Source of the DNA: a virus
DNA length: 64,000 bases
IMG/VR virus record: IMGVR_UViG_3300028920_000034
Location: 64,001 to 128,000 of that record
Strand: one strand, 5' to 3'
The translations under genes were made by a program, and so were the position numbers. This document shows positions 63,562 to 64,000 of the stretch, one piece after another. The notes beneath the pieces were generated by a model. It searched no databases. It saw only the letters and a list, made by a program, of their open reading frames with translations, and was not told where the DNA came from. The stretch's first letter is position 1, and every line of letters begins with the position of its first letter.

Positions 63562-64000
63562 GGCAGCTCTCCCGGCGCCCCGCACCCGGGGCACCCGTTG
63601 ACGTTGGGCAGGTAGGCGCGCCCGCAGTAGCCGCACGCCACGGCCGCCGGCCCGCGCTCGCCGGTCTCCTTGCCCATCGGCTCCACACCCACGGCCAGCA
63701 TGTTCATGCAGTAGTCCGCCAGGAGCTGTGCCCCCGGGGCCGCGTTCTTGGCCAGCACCACGGACACCTGACCGCTCTGGTAGTCCACCGTACACCTGCC
63801 CCCGGCGTCCCCGTGGAGCTCGCCGTTGCCATCGGTGTCCTCGAGGCGCATCTTGCCGCGCTTACCCTTGATCGTGAGCACCAGCGTCTTGGGCACCACG
63901 GGCGTCCAGGTGAGCACCCCTTCCAGGTGAGCTTGCTTCTTGCCGGCTATGGCCACCGCCTCCTGGTAGACGTGCTCACTCGAGTAGTACCGGTCAAAAG
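63558..64000 (-). CDS. Partial MCP paralog fused to a Zn ribbon (5' end outside the window)
   Basis: Frame is open to the window edge: FDRYYSSEHVYQEAV...GVLTWTPVVPK...DTDGNGELHGDAG...TVDYQSG, aligning with the MCP; ends CGYC...CPGC. Confidence 0.8.
   Translation of the reverse strand, partial: FDRYYSSEHVYQEAVAIAGKKQAHLEGVLTWTPVVPKTLVLTIKGKRGKMRLEDTDGNGELHGDAGGRCTVDYQSGQVSVVLAKNAAPGAQLLADYCMNMLAVGVEPMGKETGERGPAAVACGYCGRAYLPNVNGCPGCGAPGELP

Noticed and set aside
60366-63956. Diversity-generating retroelement (repeat pairs, MCP duplicate)
   Set aside because: No reverse transcriptase in the window and no adenine-specific TR/VR mismatch pattern; the MCP copy is diverged at the protein level.

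Overview
This high-GC window is the virion-morphogenesis region of a large myovirus-type phage or prophage. Essentially all real genes are on the - strand; the long + strand ORFs are antisense shadows. Read in transcription order (right to left): (1) 59.3-64 kb is a tightly overlapping cluster of small Cys/Zn-finger genes, two of which carry pieces of the phage's own major capsid protein (MCP). (2) 56-59.4 kb is mostly non-coding and strand-skewed, around a candidate small terminase. (3) 38.7-56 kb is a long array of uncharacterised basic-domain proteins. (4) 29.8-36.9 kb is a T4-like head module: gp20-like portal, gp21-like prohead protease fused to scaffold, gp23-like MCP. (5) 17-29.7 kb holds neck genes interleaved with more array-type proteins. 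(6) 0-16.6 kb is a contractile tail and baseplate module: sheath, two tube-family genes, chaperone with -1 frameshift, 1669-aa tape measure, LysM-like, hub, spike, gp25-like and gp6-like wedge. No large terminase, polymerase, integrase, tRNA or CRISPR array is recognisable. The best candidate for a new system is about 25 ORFs sharing a helical tag (L/I-x-E-x-[IL]R-x-x-AGL or LGELLGELRE) that resembles the scaffold C-terminus, followed by L/I-x-E|A/G/S sites like those cut by T4 gp21. I infer these are capsid-targeted, protease-processed cargo (poly)proteins. Other notable signals are five 74-bp sigma54-type elements in both orientations, MCP-fragment/Zn-finger fusions (possible decoys), a ComM-like AAA domain with a broken Walker A, and a dispersed GATTCGAATC palindrome. 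All family calls come from motif recognition and gene order, not database searches.
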